In this document: in pieces, positions 8,335-17,437 of the stretch | Position numbering within the stretch: the stretch's first letter is position 1 | How the letters are laid out: the number at the start of each line of letters is the position of its first letter | IMG/VR virus record: IMGVR_UViG_3300017689_000001 | Location: 9,876 to 73,875 of that record | Origin: a virus | Length of the DNA stretch: 64,000 bases | Direction: 5' to 3' (one strand) | Notes under the pieces: generated by a model | The model's input: only the letters and a program-made list of their open reading frames with translations | What the model was told of the DNA's origin: nothing | Databases searched by the model: none | Program-made: the position numbers and the translations under genes

Positions 8335-8657
8335 CAGAGCCTCCGTGCTTTCTTGGCGTCTGCCATTTCGACCGGCCAGTTGCCGACCTTCTGGACCGCG
8401 ATCTGATCGTTGTCGAAGATCGCCTTGATCTCCCACGCATCGACGTGACCGGGGCGGTCGATGAACTTCACCCGGTCGCCGACGCGCAGCGTGGTCTCGG
8501 CGACCGTGAAGGCGTTCTCGTTCTGCAGGCACCAGCCGATCGACTCACCCTTCGGCAAGATCTTGGCCATGATCTGCTGCTCGTCGCGGGTGTAGTCCGA
8601 GACGTCGGTGACGACGGCGCGGAACGTGACGATGTCGCCCTTGCGCAGCTTGCTCAT
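8334..8657 (-). CDS. Hypothetical protein (SH3/KOW-like segments)
   Basis: LRKGDIVTF and LRVGDRVKF. Confidence 0.6.
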   Translation of the reverse strand: MSKLRKGDIVTFRAVVTDVSDYTRDEQQIMAKILPKGESIGWCLQNENAFTVAETTLRVGDRVKFIDRPGHVDAWEIKAIFDNDQIAVQKVGNWPVEMADAKKARRL

Positions 8658-9199
8658 GCCTCCAACTCCGCGGCGAGCTGCGTGAAGTTGTAATAGGCCT
8701 GCCGTGGCGTCCAGCTGGTCAGGTCCACGAACGGGAGCAGGTGCTCGAACTCGACGCCGTCGAGGCTGCGGTAGCCGGCCGGGTCTTCCTTGCGCAGGAA
8801 CTGGATCTCGAGGCCCAGCATCTGGAGGTCGGCGAGCTTGACGGCCGGCGACATCTCGCGCGGCAGGCCGAGGAAGTCGGCGGTGACGTGTTCGAGGCGA
8901 ACCTCCAGCGCCTTGAGCGGCGGGAACATCCGCTTGAGCGGGGTCACCATGTCGTTGGTGAACGCCTCGCTGCGGTCATGCCACAGCGCCTCGCGCCGAT
9001 ACGGCGGCTCGACGATCTGCGCCGTGTTCCAGGCATGCTGCGCGATCGAGTACCAGCGGCCGAGCGGCAGCTGCCCCGCCCAGCGGCAGTTGTTGCAGAG
9101 CGGAACGACCATGTCGTCGCGATCGCACACCAACGCCTCGGGGTTGTCGTAGTCGAGGATGTTGCCGCTCAAGAGCTGCAGCGTGTTCATCTTGTCCAT
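8654..9199 (-). CDS. HD-superfamily phosphohydrolase (YfdR/5'-deoxynucleotidase-like)
   Basis: CRWAGQ, YSIAQH, ALWHDRSEAFTNDMVTPLK and VKLAD motifs. Confidence 0.8.
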   Translation of the reverse strand: MDKMNTLQLLSGNILDYDNPEALVCDRDDMVVPLCNNCRWAGQLPLGRWYSIAQHAWNTAQIVEPPYRREALWHDRSEAFTNDMVTPLKRMFPPLKALEVRLEHVTADFLGLPREMSPAVKLADLQMLGLEIQFLRKEDPAGYRSLDGVEFEHLLPFVDLTSWTPRQAYYNFTQLAAELEA

Positions 9200-9393
9200 C
9201 AGTTGATCTCCGACTTCTCGGGGGTGTTGAGCATGTCCGTCAGAACCTGCAGCTGCTGCTGCGCCTCGCTGTCGGCGAACTGCGCATCGGCGATGGCATC
9301 CTCGGCGCGCTGGTGCGCCTTGCCCTGCTGGAACACGGCGTTGAGCAGGTCCGGCACCAGCGCCGCCAGCTTCTCTCGATCCTTACGCTTCAT
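9199..9393 (-). CDS. Small hypothetical protein
   Basis: GGAG RBS; translationally coupled. Confidence 0.6.
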   Translation of the reverse strand: MKRKDREKLAALVPDLLNAVFQQGKAHQRAEDAIADAQFADSEAQQQLQVLTDMLNTPEKSEIN

Positions 9394-9405
9394 GGATAGC
9401 TCCTA

Positions 9406-9432
9406 AGAAAAGGGCGGCCCGAAGGCCGCCCG
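9406..9432 (-). terminator. Rho-independent terminator
   Basis: Minus strand GGGCGGC-CTTCGG-GCCGCCC-TTTTCTT. Confidence 0.75.
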
Positions 9433-9439
9433 GTAGAGG

Positions 9440-9631
9440 TCAGCGGCAGCGCTCGCCGGCCCGCGGGTAGCTCCCGTCTCCGCACGGCCCGGTGTCGACG
9501 GCGTTGACGGTCGAGCCGGTGTCGTTCAGCTCGACCACCTCGACGTCGTTGTTGATCTTGTTGGTGTCGTCGCCGCAGGCGGTCGTCGCGAGCGCCAGAC
9601 AGGCGCCGATGAACAGGGTGATTGCACGCAT
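9440..9631 (-). CDS. Small lipoprotein
   Basis: MRAITLFIGACLALATTA-C signal peptide with lipobox-like Cys; AAGGAG RBS. Confidence 0.65.
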   Translation of the reverse strand: MRAITLFIGACLALATTACGDDTNKINNDVEVVELNDTGSTVNAVDTGPCGDGSYPRAGERCR

Positions 9632-9649
9632 GATCGTCTCCTTGTGGGC

Positions 9650-9685
9650 AAAGAAAAACCCGGCCGGCACGCTGGCCGACCGGGT
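9650..9685 (-). terminator. Rho-independent terminator after nrdJ
   Basis: Minus strand ACCCGGTCGGC-loop-GCCGGCCGGGT-TTTTCTTT. Confidence 0.75.
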
Positions 9686-9708
9686 CGAAGATGTCACGAT
9701 CTACTTCT

Positions 9709-9727
9709 AAAACTACGCGGTAGTTTT
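9709..9727. promoter_or_regulatory. Perfect palindromic TAC-N3-GTA site
   Basis: AAAACTAC-GCG-GTAGTTTT, overlapping the nrdJ stop codon. Confidence 0.5.
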
Positions 9728-12103
9728 GAAGTCGATCGGGCAAGCGCCGGACGAGCAGTCGACGTGCTCGCGACCGATGTCCTCGGCCAGCGCCTCGGAG
9801 ATCGCGCGGGTGATCTCCTCGTACTGCGCCTTGGTCACCGGCTCTTCCGGCAGATATTCGTACGCCGAGTTGGCGGCGTCGGTCTGCGGCATCACCGAGC
9901 AGGCTCGCACCTGCCCCTGATTGGCGGTCAGCGTCTCGAGGAACTGCTCGTAGGACGTGTCCTCGAACTTGTACTTGAGCGTGTAGCTGATCTGCCCGCC
10001 GTGGCGTTCCTCGCTGGGCCGCGCGCCCTCGCCGGCGAGGTACTCGGCCACCGAGCCGCCCTCGATCCAGAAGAACTCGCCCAGCTTGAGCCAGTCGTAC
10101 TGCTGCTGCGGCGTGGCGTCGCCCGCCAGCACCAGCTCGTCGCCCATGCCGAGCGTCGCGATCGTCGGCTCGGTCGGGAAGCCGACGATCGTGGTGCCCT
10201 GATACGTCTGCAGCTCGCGGGTCTGATAGCCCTTGGCCTTGTACTCGGCGACCTGCGGCGCGTCGCTGCGGAACTGAACCCAGCGCAGGTAGAACGCCAT
10301 CGCCGGCAGGTGCCAGCCCTCCGACAGGCCGAACAGCTTGGACGTGGTGCCGGCCGGCTTGATCGTCGTCACCGTGTGCGGGTGGCTGACGCCCAGCTCG
10401 TCGGCGTAGGCGAACGCAGCCGCCATGACCGAGCGCGCGTAGTAGCCCTGGAACTCCCAGAACGCTGCGGCACGAATGGCTGGCGTCGAGTTCTCGATCG
10501 CTGCCATCGTGCGGATGCTACCGAGCTGATCCGTCCAGCATGCATCGCCCGCGGTTGCCTTGGCGTATCCTTCGAAGTCCGGCGCGACGAGATCGCGGAA
10601 GCCGACCTTGAAGAACTTCCACGCGAACTCGTGGACACCCGTCTGGCCGACGCCGATGCGGTTCGTCCGCGCCGTCTCCTTGCCGTAGAGGTTGTCCATC
10701 AGGTTGACGCGGATGAGCGCGCGCGCCGAGTGCGCGCCGGCGTCGAGCACCTGCTCGAAGCTGTCGGCGTGGAACGGGACGTTGTCGGCGATGACGCAGT
10801 AGCCGCCGTAGACCGCCAGCGGGATCTCACCGCAGGGGTTCACGATCGTCCAGAACGGCTTCTTCGAGGCCCGCTTGGCCAGCGCGGCCAGCAGGATGCG
10901 GGTCTCGTCGGTCGGCTGGAAGCGGGTCGAGCCGACGTAGCTGCCGTCGAGCAGCGACTGCTGGCCCTTGTCCTTCTGCGTCAGCATGTCGAGGTTGAGA
11001 TACCCCGGCTCGCCGGTGCCGTCGGCGTAGGCGCACTCGGAGGCGATGCGGTGGACCTCGCGGGCGTGGCGCGTCATTTCCGAGTTGTAGCCCTGATCGC
11101 CCGGCTTGAGGGCGAGGCGGCGCCAGAAGTCCTTGTCGACGCCGATCGAGTTGTTCGACGACCACAGGAACGGGAACGGCGGCTGCTCACCGCGCGCGAA
11201 GTAGCCGGCGCGCAGCTCGATGACCTCGTCCATCGACAGGCCTTCGTACTCGGTCGGGCGCTTGACGCGGATGAAGTCGAGCACCGACTTGTCGCGCCAC
11301 GACTTGACCGCCATGCGCGCCGCGCGCCGCGCGCCGCCGACGAGCACCGGCTCGGCGAGGTAGTGGTCGACGTACATCGCCTGCAGCCAGCGCGGTAGGC
11401 GCGCTCCTTTCAGGGTCGCGATCTTGTGGAGCGCGTCCATCATCGGCCGCGGGCCGGACGACGGACGGTTCTGCATGCCGGCGATCGGCGAACCCTTGGC
11501 GCGCACGCCCGAGAAGTCGATGACGAGGATCGAGTCGCGGAAGGCCTTCTGGAAGGCCATCGTCTCCATCAGCTCGATCGCCTGCGCCCAGCCCTCGCGG
11601 CTGTCGGGGACGTTGAACCAGTGGACGTTCTCGCCCTTGGCGTACTTGTGGCGCGCGTCCTTGGTCGACTCGTCCGTGCCCCACACGAAGTCGGGGTGGG
11701 TCTCGTCGAGGACGCAGCGGACGTTGGGGCAGTCGTCCCAGTCGACGACCATCATGTCGTCGTCGTAGCTGCGACCGACGCCCGAGCCGTTGAGCAGGAG
11801 ATAGAACAGCAGGAACGACGCCGCGCTGGTCGAGCAGTTCGAGAAGACCTCGAGGTTGCGGCTCGGCTGGTCGGCGTCACCGTGCTGGAGGTGGCGACCA
11901 CTCATCAGGATGGTGGCGGTCTTGAGGTGGTCGCGGAAGGCGGCGCGATCGCGGGCGCCGGTGTCGTGGAGGAGGGTATTGCCGAGGCTCACGCGCTCGG
12001 CAACATCTCCCCAGTCTTCACCGGGCCGAAGGATCGTCCGCTCCGCGACCGCCTGGCCCATGCCGGGGTGAAAGGCACGAGCGAGGACGTTCGAGGATGG
12101 CAT
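9713..12103 (-). CDS. nrdJ: Class II (adenosylcobalamin-dependent) ribonucleotide reductase
   Basis: FSNCST, GSGVG, VNPCGEIPL, TTIKPAGTTSKL and C-terminal CSSGACP; no small subunit gene nearby. Confidence 0.9.
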   Translation of the reverse strand: MPSSNVLARAFHPGMGQAVAERTILRPGEDWGDVAERVSLGNTLLHDTGARDRAAFRDHLKTATILMSGRHLQHGDADQPSRNLEVFSNCSTSAASFLLFYLLLNGSGVGRSYDDDMMVVDWDDCPNVRCVLDETHPDFVWGTDESTKDARHKYAKGENVHWFNVPDSREGWAQAIELMETMAFQKAFRDSILVIDFSGVRAKGSPIAGMQNRPSSGPRPMMDALHKIATLKGARLPRWLQAMYVDHYLAEPVLVGGARRAARMAVKSWRDKSVLDFIRVKRPTEYEGLSMDEVIELRAGYFARGEQPPFPFLWSSNNSIGVDKDFWRRLALKPGDQGYNSEMTRHAREVHRIASECAYADGTGEPGYLNLDMLTQKDKGQQSLLDGSYVGSTRFQPTDETRILLAALAKRASKKPFWTIVNPCGEIPLAVYGGYCVIADNVPFHADSFEQVLDAGAHSARALIRVNLMDNLYGKETARTNRIGVGQTGVHEFAWKFFKVGFRDLVAPDFEGYAKATAGDACWTDQLGSIRTMAAIENSTPAIRAAAFWEFQGYYARSVMAAAFAYADELGVSHPHTVTTIKPAGTTSKLFGLSEGWHLPAMAFYLRWVQFRSDAPQVAEYKAKGYQTRELQTYQGTTIVGFPTEPTIATLGMGDELVLAGDATPQQQYDWLKLGEFFWIEGGSVAEYLAGEGARPSEERHGGQISYTLKYKFEDTSYEQFLETLTANQGQVRACSVMPQTDAANSAYEYLPEEPVTKAQYEEITRAISEALAEDIGREHVDCSSGACPIDFKTTA

Positions 12104-12188
12104 GCAAGATCTCCAGAGAAAGGGGACGATCCTGCTATCGGTGGGCGGTGGCCCGGTCCACCGCCACTATCGCTTGTACCGGGTGGTT

Positions 12189-12413
12189 TTACGCGAACCG
12201 CGGGCCGGGCGTGAACGGCGGCACCGGCTTGCGCGGGCCGTGCTTCTCGATGAAGGCATTGACCCGCCGCCGCGTGGCGTCGCCGCGGACCTGCAGCTGA
12301 CCCATGTCCTTGACGGCAACGCGGCCGATGCCCGCCGACTTGCCGCGGTTGGTGTGGTAGCGCGAGGCGATCTGCCAGTATGCTTGGGCGTTGTAGTAGA
12401 TCGGACAGCTCAT
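12189..12413 (-). CDS. Small basic hypothetical protein
   Basis: AGGAG RBS; 74 aa. Confidence 0.55.
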   Translation of the reverse strand: MSCPIYYNAQAYWQIASRYHTNRGKSAGIGRVAVKDMGQLQVRGDATRRRVNAFIEKHGPRKPVPPFTPGPRFA

Positions 12414-12421
12414 GGTCGCTC

Positions 12422-12883
12422 CTATTTCTTGAGACGGAAGTCGGCTATCGCCGGCTTCAACAGCACGTTGCGAATGATCTCCTCGAAACTCGTGGACGTC
12501 GCGTCGGCCAGCCGCTGCATCTGCGCCAGCGTCCAGTTGTGCTTGCCGTCGATCGCGCGCCGCTGCTCGACATTGGTCAGCCCGATCAGCCGCGACACCT
12601 CGATGTAGTGGTTGTCGTCGCGCAGCAGCCGGACTTGGTTGCCGAGGTTCAGCCGCATGTGCCGCTCGATCGTGGTCAGGCCGAGCGGCATCTTGGTGTT
12701 GTGGCCGCCCGTGATCGTCAGCCCGAGCGGGTCGGCGACCTCGCGCTTCATGCGCTTCGGCTCGTTGGAGGGGTCCAGCCCCTCGATGTCGCAGATTTCA
12801 CCGACCGTCCGGCCCGCCCGCAGGTGATCTGCGAGGCGGACCTTGCGTCGGGCGAGTGCCCCCGCCCGGTCATGCTCTGCCAT
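12422..12883 (-). CDS. XRE/Cro-C1-type HTH protein
   Basis: C-terminal LGNQVRLLR...VSRLIGLT...IDGKHNWTLAQMQRLADA pattern; AGGAG RBS before MAEHD. Confidence 0.65.
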   Translation of the reverse strand: MAEHDRAGALARRKVRLADHLRAGRTVGEICDIEGLDPSNEPKRMKREVADPLGLTITGGHNTKMPLGLTTIERHMRLNLGNQVRLLRDDNHYIEVSRLIGLTNVEQRRAIDGKHNWTLAQMQRLADATSTSFEEIIRNVLLKPAIADFRLKK

Positions 12884-12884
12884 G

Positions 12885-13106
12885 TTAGCTCCTGAATGAA
12901 AGCCCCGCCGGCGCCCCATCGAGTTCGTAGATGGAGTTGCGGGTGGTGGCGACGCCGTTCTCGATCGAGATCAACGCCGAGGTGCGGACGACCTCGCCGT
13001 CGGTGAAGCGGCCTTTGACGTCGCCGTTGATCTTGCCCCAGAGCTGCAAGGCACCGGAGGGGTGTTGGCTGATCGACCAATCGCGAAGTTGTGCCGTAAC
13101 GGTCAT
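12885..13106 (-). CDS. Small conserved-type phage protein
   Basis: MTVTAQLRDW...RFTDGEVVRTS...TRNSIYEL. Confidence 0.65.
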   Translation of the reverse strand: MTVTAQLRDWSISQHPSGALQLWGKINGDVKGRFTDGEVVRTSALISIENGVATTRNSIYELDGAPAGLSFRS

Positions 13107-13852
13107 GCTGCATTCTCCTTGACGTGGCGCTTGCCTGCGCCGTGGGCGGGGATCATGATCGAGACACGAGCCTTGGAGCTGGTGCCGCCGCATGCGCGGC
13201 ACTGCTCGCAGGTCGTCTTGCGACCGGCCTCCTCGGAGGCGGGGCACAAGATCTCGGTGCCCTTGATAGCGGTCGCGCCGATCGGCGCAACCCGGAAGGT
13301 GCGAAGGCCGAGCGCGTGGGCGGCGTGCATCTCGTCCTCGCTGTCGGCCGACGCCATGACGAGCGGCGCCCACAGGGCGGCGTCGAAGTCGGGGCGCTGC
13401 CACTGATGGGTGTAGCCGGTCGAGCCGAGTGCGTTGCGCAGGATGGACGACCACAGGCTGGCGGGCGCCGCGGCGGGGTCGCCGTAGGCACCGAGCCGCA
13501 CCATGCGCCCGGCGAACAGGCCGTCGAGCTGCTCGGGCGTGGCGCGAGCGTAGCTGCCGCGCTTGTAGGCGGCGTAGACGCCACGCGGCCCTTGGAAGAT
13601 GACGACGTAGCAGCTGCGGCCGGTGCCGTCGGCGCCGCGGTGCGTGCAGCCGCCGCAGATCGACTCGTCGGCGCCGGCGTTGATCGCATCCTGCGGCGGC
13701 ATGTCGCTGCGCAGGATGTAGGTCTGGATCATCGCGCCGGTCTTGCCGTTGGTCGAGCCTTGCTTGATGCCGGTGGCGATTACGACGATGGGCGCGCCGT
13801 CGAGCGCGCTGGGGCCTTCCCACAGGACGAGGCCGTTGGGGTTGATGGTCAT
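13103..13852 (-). CDS. Cys-rich protein, possible Fe-S/radical-SAM-derived (GP88-like)
   Basis: NGKTGAMIQTY, ICGGCTHR, CYV, VRLGAYGD, GYTHQW and CPAS..TTCEQCRAC. Confidence 0.6.
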   Translation of the reverse strand: MTINPNGLVLWEGPSALDGAPIVVIATGIKQGSTNGKTGAMIQTYILRSDMPPQDAINAGADESICGGCTHRGADGTGRSCYVVIFQGPRGVYAAYKRGSYARATPEQLDGLFAGRMVRLGAYGDPAAAPASLWSSILRNALGSTGYTHQWQRPDFDAALWAPLVMASADSEDEMHAAHALGLRTFRVAPIGATAIKGTEILCPASEEAGRKTTCEQCRACGGTSSKARVSIMIPAHGAGKRHVKENAA

Positions 13853-13877
13853 GGGATAGATCTCCTGCAGTTGTATA

Positions 13878-14147
13878 TTAGAGCCACGTCGGCTTGTGGA
13901 AAGCCTGCACGACCGCGGTTGCTTGGCGCTGCGCATCGTACAGCGCCTGACCATAGTTGTAGGCCTCGCGAGCCAAGTCGCTGGCGACGACGACCTCGCC
14001 GTTGCGGATCAGCATGTTAGGACGATCCCAGTTGCCGCCGGCCGACATGTATTGAGTGTGGATGTCGGCAAGCACCTGCCAGTAGGTCTTGTTGTCGTAC
14101 GTGGTCGGGTAGCCCGCGACCGTGACGACTACGAATTTGTCAGCCAT
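13878..14147 (-). CDS. Hypothetical protein
   Basis: 89-aa ORF. Confidence 0.6.
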   Translation of the reverse strand: MADKFVVVTVAGYPTTYDNKTYWQVLADIHTQYMSAGGNWDRPNMLIRNGEVVVASDLAREAYNYGQALYDAQRQATAVVQAFHKPTWL

Positions 14148-15123
14148 GGATCACCTGTGTTCGATAGAGGTTGATGACGGTCTCGTCCATCAGGGCGAGG
14201 TCGGACGACGCGGGCAGCGACGACGCCTCGGCGGCGACCGCGACCTCGGCGACCAGCTGCTCGAGCAGCTTGGAGACCTCGTCGTAGGGCCGCTTGCCCT
14301 GCTTGATCTCGAGCAGCTCGGCGGCGTCGGGCCGCGGGAAGGCGATGGTGCCCGTCGACAGCAGCTCGATCGCTTGGCGCGCCACGCGCACGGCGTGGCT
14401 GACAGCCTTCCAGTCGATGCCCTCGTTGGTCATCGCGGCGCGCGCCCGCTCGCCGTAGTTGATCCACACCTTCTCCCAAACCTTGAAGGCCTCGTTGATG
14501 GTGACGGTCATCGGCATCTTGCGATCGCAGACGTTGAGGTGCCAGTTGTCCGTGCCGTTCGGGTTGGGGATGTTCTCCCAGCTGACGTGTTCGCGACCCG
14601 CCGACCAGTTGCGCAGGTCAACCTCGATCGCCGACAGCTTGGCGGTGGCGGTCAGCCCGAGCCGGCGGATGCTGATGAAGTCGAGCACGTCCTTGACGGC
14701 GCGCATGCGGCTGCCCTTGATGCCGTACTTGGCGGCCTGCCGGATGCAGTAGCCGACGAAGCCCTTGCACTGGCGGTTGAGCAGCTGCCGGCCGATGGTT
14801 TGGACGACGGGCCACAGAGGGTCGGCGTCGGGCGGCACCGGCGCGAACAGCACCTCGGTCGCGACCGTGTCGCCCTTGGTCAGCATCTCGAAGAACTTGG
14901 CGACCGAGTAGCTCTCGTCGTCGATCGCGTCGGCGGTGTTCTTGTCGGTGCCTTCGCCCTTGGAGACGATGCTGCGGTTGATGTGCTGCTCGCCGCGGCC
15001 CAGCAGGATCGCGCGACCGCTCGGCAGGTGGACGCCCTTGAAATCCTGATCGGACGTCGGCGTCGTCGTGCCGTAGAGGTGCGAGCCGTGCGCAACGCGC
15101 ACTAGGTGTCGGGTGGGCTTCAT
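14140..15123 (-). CDS. Pol-beta superfamily nucleotidyltransferase (RlaP/NrdC.11-like)
   Basis: GSHLYGTTTPTSDQDFKG (GS-x-DxD), KAVSHAVR and C-terminal ELLEIKQGK. Confidence 0.8.
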   Translation of the reverse strand: MKPTRHLVRVAHGSHLYGTTTPTSDQDFKGVHLPSGRAILLGRGEQHINRSIVSKGEGTDKNTADAIDDESYSVAKFFEMLTKGDTVATEVLFAPVPPDADPLWPVVQTIGRQLLNRQCKGFVGYCIRQAAKYGIKGSRMRAVKDVLDFISIRRLGLTATAKLSAIEVDLRNWSAGREHVSWENIPNPNGTDNWHLNVCDRKMPMTVTINEAFKVWEKVWINYGERARAAMTNEGIDWKAVSHAVRVARQAIELLSTGTIAFPRPDAAELLEIKQGKRPYDEVSKLLEQLVAEVAVAAEASSLPASSDLALMDETVINLYRTQVIHG

Positions 15124-15293
15124 GACAGGAGTCCTTGCTTGGTGATTGACTTCTCGATGTCGACGATCAGGTCGCTCTCGAGATCGGAGCAGTACGTGGC
15201 CATGTCGACGGCCATCACTTCGACGCTGCCGAACGTGTAGCCGTTCTCCTTGGCGTTGGCCGCCGCCTCGGCGACGCGCTCATCGAGGGTCAT
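15120..15293 (-). CDS. Small hypothetical protein (57 aa)
   Basis: MTLDERVAEAA...; AGGAG RBS and ATGA overlap. Confidence 0.55.
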   Translation of the reverse strand: MTLDERVAEAAANAKENGYTFGSVEVMAVDMATYCSDLESDLIVDIEKSITKQGLLS

Positions 15294-15316
15294 ATCTATA
15301 TCTCCTGCTGCGGGCG

Positions 15317-15343
15317 AAAAGAAGGGGGCTTGACGCCCCCTTC
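15317..15343 (-). terminator. Rho-independent terminator
   Basis: Minus strand GAAGGGGGC-GTCAA-GCCCCCTTC-TTTT. Confidence 0.75.
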
Positions 15344-15373
15344 AAAGTCAGAAAGCGCTGCCGCCGTCGCGGG

Positions 15374-15613
15374 TCACTTGGCGTGGACCTTGGTCACGAC
15401 GGCGTCCTTGGGGGCGCCCTCCTTGTCGAGGCCGTCGCTGGTGATCGTGACGCGCGCGCCGCGCTTCACGCCCTCGACGCCGTCCTTGATGGTCGCCTGG
15501 ATGTGGCGGCCGTCGTCCAGCTCGAGGAAGGCGGTGTTCTCGGACACGTCGGTGACCTTGAACTCGGTCTGCGCCTTGGGGGCGCTCGTGGTCGGGGTGG
15601 GTGCGTCGGTCAT
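15374..15613 (-). CDS. Small hypothetical protein (OB-fold-like)
   Basis: 79 aa, beta-rich pattern; AAGGA RBS. Confidence 0.6.
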   Translation of the reverse strand: MTDAPTPTTSAPKAQTEFKVTDVSENTAFLELDDGRHIQATIKDGVEGVKRGARVTITSDGLDKEGAPKDAVVTKVHAK

Positions 15614-15616
15614 GCG

Positions 15617-16771
15617 TTAATCCTTTCGGCCGTTGGGCTGGAAGTCCACTACCACCGGGAAGCGGGGGACGCCATCCGGCGAACGCATGAAGAAGCGCAC
15701 CGTTGCGGTCGCCGTGCGCCACCAGTCCGGGTTGTCGTTCCAGTCGGCGAGCAGCTTGACGCCGGCGGCGTAGGTGCCGCGGATGCCAGCGCCGAACCTG
15801 CCGGGCGCCTTGTCGTTCTCCAGCACCATGCGCTTGGCGGCGCCGGCCCAGTTGCCGTTGCCCTCCTCGACGGCGACGACGCGGAACTCCTCGGTGAGGA
15901 AGTCCTTGCGCTTGAGCAGCGCCTTGGAGCGGCGGCCGATCTCGTACGGCTTGTCGAGCCGGTACATGCCGCCCTCGTAGCCCTCGCCAACGAACAGGGC
16001 GTAGCCCTCATCAGCCGCGAGCTGGCTGTCGCAGGGAACGGTCAGCACGCGCTGGATCCAGCCGCAGTCGAGCTGCGCCACCGCGGCGTCGACGATCTGG
16101 GTTCGCTCCGAGAACGGGACGCTCGCGTCGACGACGTCGTAGACGTGGTACTGCATGACCTTCTCGGCCAGCTCGAACTGCTCGACGGTCGGGTTCTTCT
16201 TGCGCACGATCGAGCTGATCGCGCCGAAGTCCTCGCGCAGGTCATGGTTGTACAGCTCGCCGTCGAGGACGAGGTCGGGATCGGCGTCGAACAGCGGCTT
16301 GAGCGCCGCGTGGATGTGCGGCACGGCGATGATCGGCTGGCCTTGGCGCGTCCACAGGCCGTTGACGTCCGCGATGCAGCGGATGCCGTCGAGCTTGGGC
16401 TGCGCGTAGCCCGGCCCCGGCCACTTGTCGTAGGCCTTGGCGAGCATCGGCTCGATCATCTTGGGCGTGCCCACGGTGTCGGCCGTCTCGTGGTACTCGC
16501 GGTCGAGCTGGTGCTTGTAGGCGGCGACGATCTCGAACTCGGCTTGGCCCTTGTCGCTGCGGCCCTGCTTGCCGGCACAGCTGGTCCAGCCGCTGATCGC
16601 CTGCTTGCCGTCGGCGAGGCCGGCGAGCGTGCGGTAGGTGGTGCCCTGACGCTGCATGCGCCACGTCCGCAGCTTGCCGAGGCTGTCGAGCTTGTAGAGC
16701 ACCGGGAAGGTGCAGGTGTCGGTCGCCTCGTCGTAGCTGTCGGGCTTGACGGTGGTGATGGTGAAGGTCAC
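15617..16771 (-). CDS. ATP-dependent DNA ligase
   Basis: PMLAK, QPKLDGIRC (motif I), VLDGELY, YHVYD, EGGMYR, LLKRK; GTG start after GGAG. Confidence 0.92.
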   Translation of the reverse strand: MTFTITTVKPDSYDEATDTCTFPVLYKLDSLGKLRTWRMQRQGTTYRTLAGLADGKQAISGWTSCAGKQGRSDKGQAEFEIVAAYKHQLDREYHETADTVGTPKMIEPMLAKAYDKWPGPGYAQPKLDGIRCIADVNGLWTRQGQPIIAVPHIHAALKPLFDADPDLVLDGELYNHDLREDFGAISSIVRKKNPTVEQFELAEKVMQYHVYDVVDASVPFSERTQIVDAAVAQLDCGWIQRVLTVPCDSQLAADEGYALFVGEGYEGGMYRLDKPYEIGRRSKALLKRKDFLTEEFRVVAVEEGNGNWAGAAKRMVLENDKAPGRFGAGIRGTYAAGVKLLADWNDNPDWWRTATATVRFFMRSPDGVPRFPVVVDFQPNGRKD

Positions 16772-17022
16772 AGCTCTTCTCCTTGAGCGTTGTAATCGGC
16801 CTTGTCGTCGACGTTCTGGTACGTCGGCGGGCACACGGCCTCGAAGTCGCTGGCCGACCCGCCGTCGCTCTCGGAGCAGTCGTCGGGACAGTCCATGTTG
16901 AAGTCGTTGGCGAGGACGTCGGCAATCGCCTGCGCTTCTTCGAGCGTGTCGGCCTCGATCACTCGATCGAAGCCTTCGCGGATCGTATAGTCGCGCTCGA
17001 AGCTGAACTTAAATTTCGGCAT
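16768..17022 (-). CDS. Small acidic hypothetical protein
   Basis: 84 aa; GAGG RBS. Confidence 0.6.
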   Translation of the reverse strand: MPKFKFSFERDYTIREGFDRVIEADTLEEAQAIADVLANDFNMDCPDDCSESDGGSASDFEAVCPPTYQNVDDKADYNAQGEEL

Positions 17023-17056
17023 AAACTGACCTCTCGTTGAAAAACGACCGAAAATC

Positions 17057-17437
17057 TCAATTTTTATTTTCGGCCGTTTCGGAGTTCTTTAACTCCCGGT
17101 GGAGATCGCGGAAGCGATCGAAGACGTTGCTGCCGTAGGCGAGCAGCTCGGTGGCGTTGGCGCGCTGGATGGCGTCCTCGACGTCGAGCTGGCGCATCTG
17201 CTGCGCTGCGACGCTGATCGCCACACCGCTGCCCTGCGCCAAGGCGGTCTCAGCCTCCTCGACGGTGTCGACGACCGGGCAGTTGAAGTTCGCCAGCCGC
17301 TCCTCATAGCGGTTGAGGCGATCCATCAAGCTGGCCTGATCGATGGCGACGTCGATGACCTCGCTGATGTCGCCCTTGGGGATGTCGGCTTGGCGCGCGA
17401 CGAAGCGGTTGCTGCTGGGTAGCCAGTAGAACTTCAT
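17057..17437 (-). CDS. Hypothetical protein
   Basis: MKFYWLPSS start; ATGA overlap with the methylase stop. Confidence 0.65.
   Translation of the reverse strand: MKFYWLPSSNRFVARQADIPKGDISEVIDVAIDQASLMDRLNRYEERLANFNCPVVDTVEEAETALAQGSGVAISVAAQQMRQLDVEDAIQRANATELLAYGSNVFDRFRDLHRELKNSETAENKN

Noticed and set aside
12104-12188. Cobalamin riboswitch upstream of nrdJ
   Set aside because: Only a GGCGGTGG/CCACCGCC hairpin; B12-box and core consensus not found
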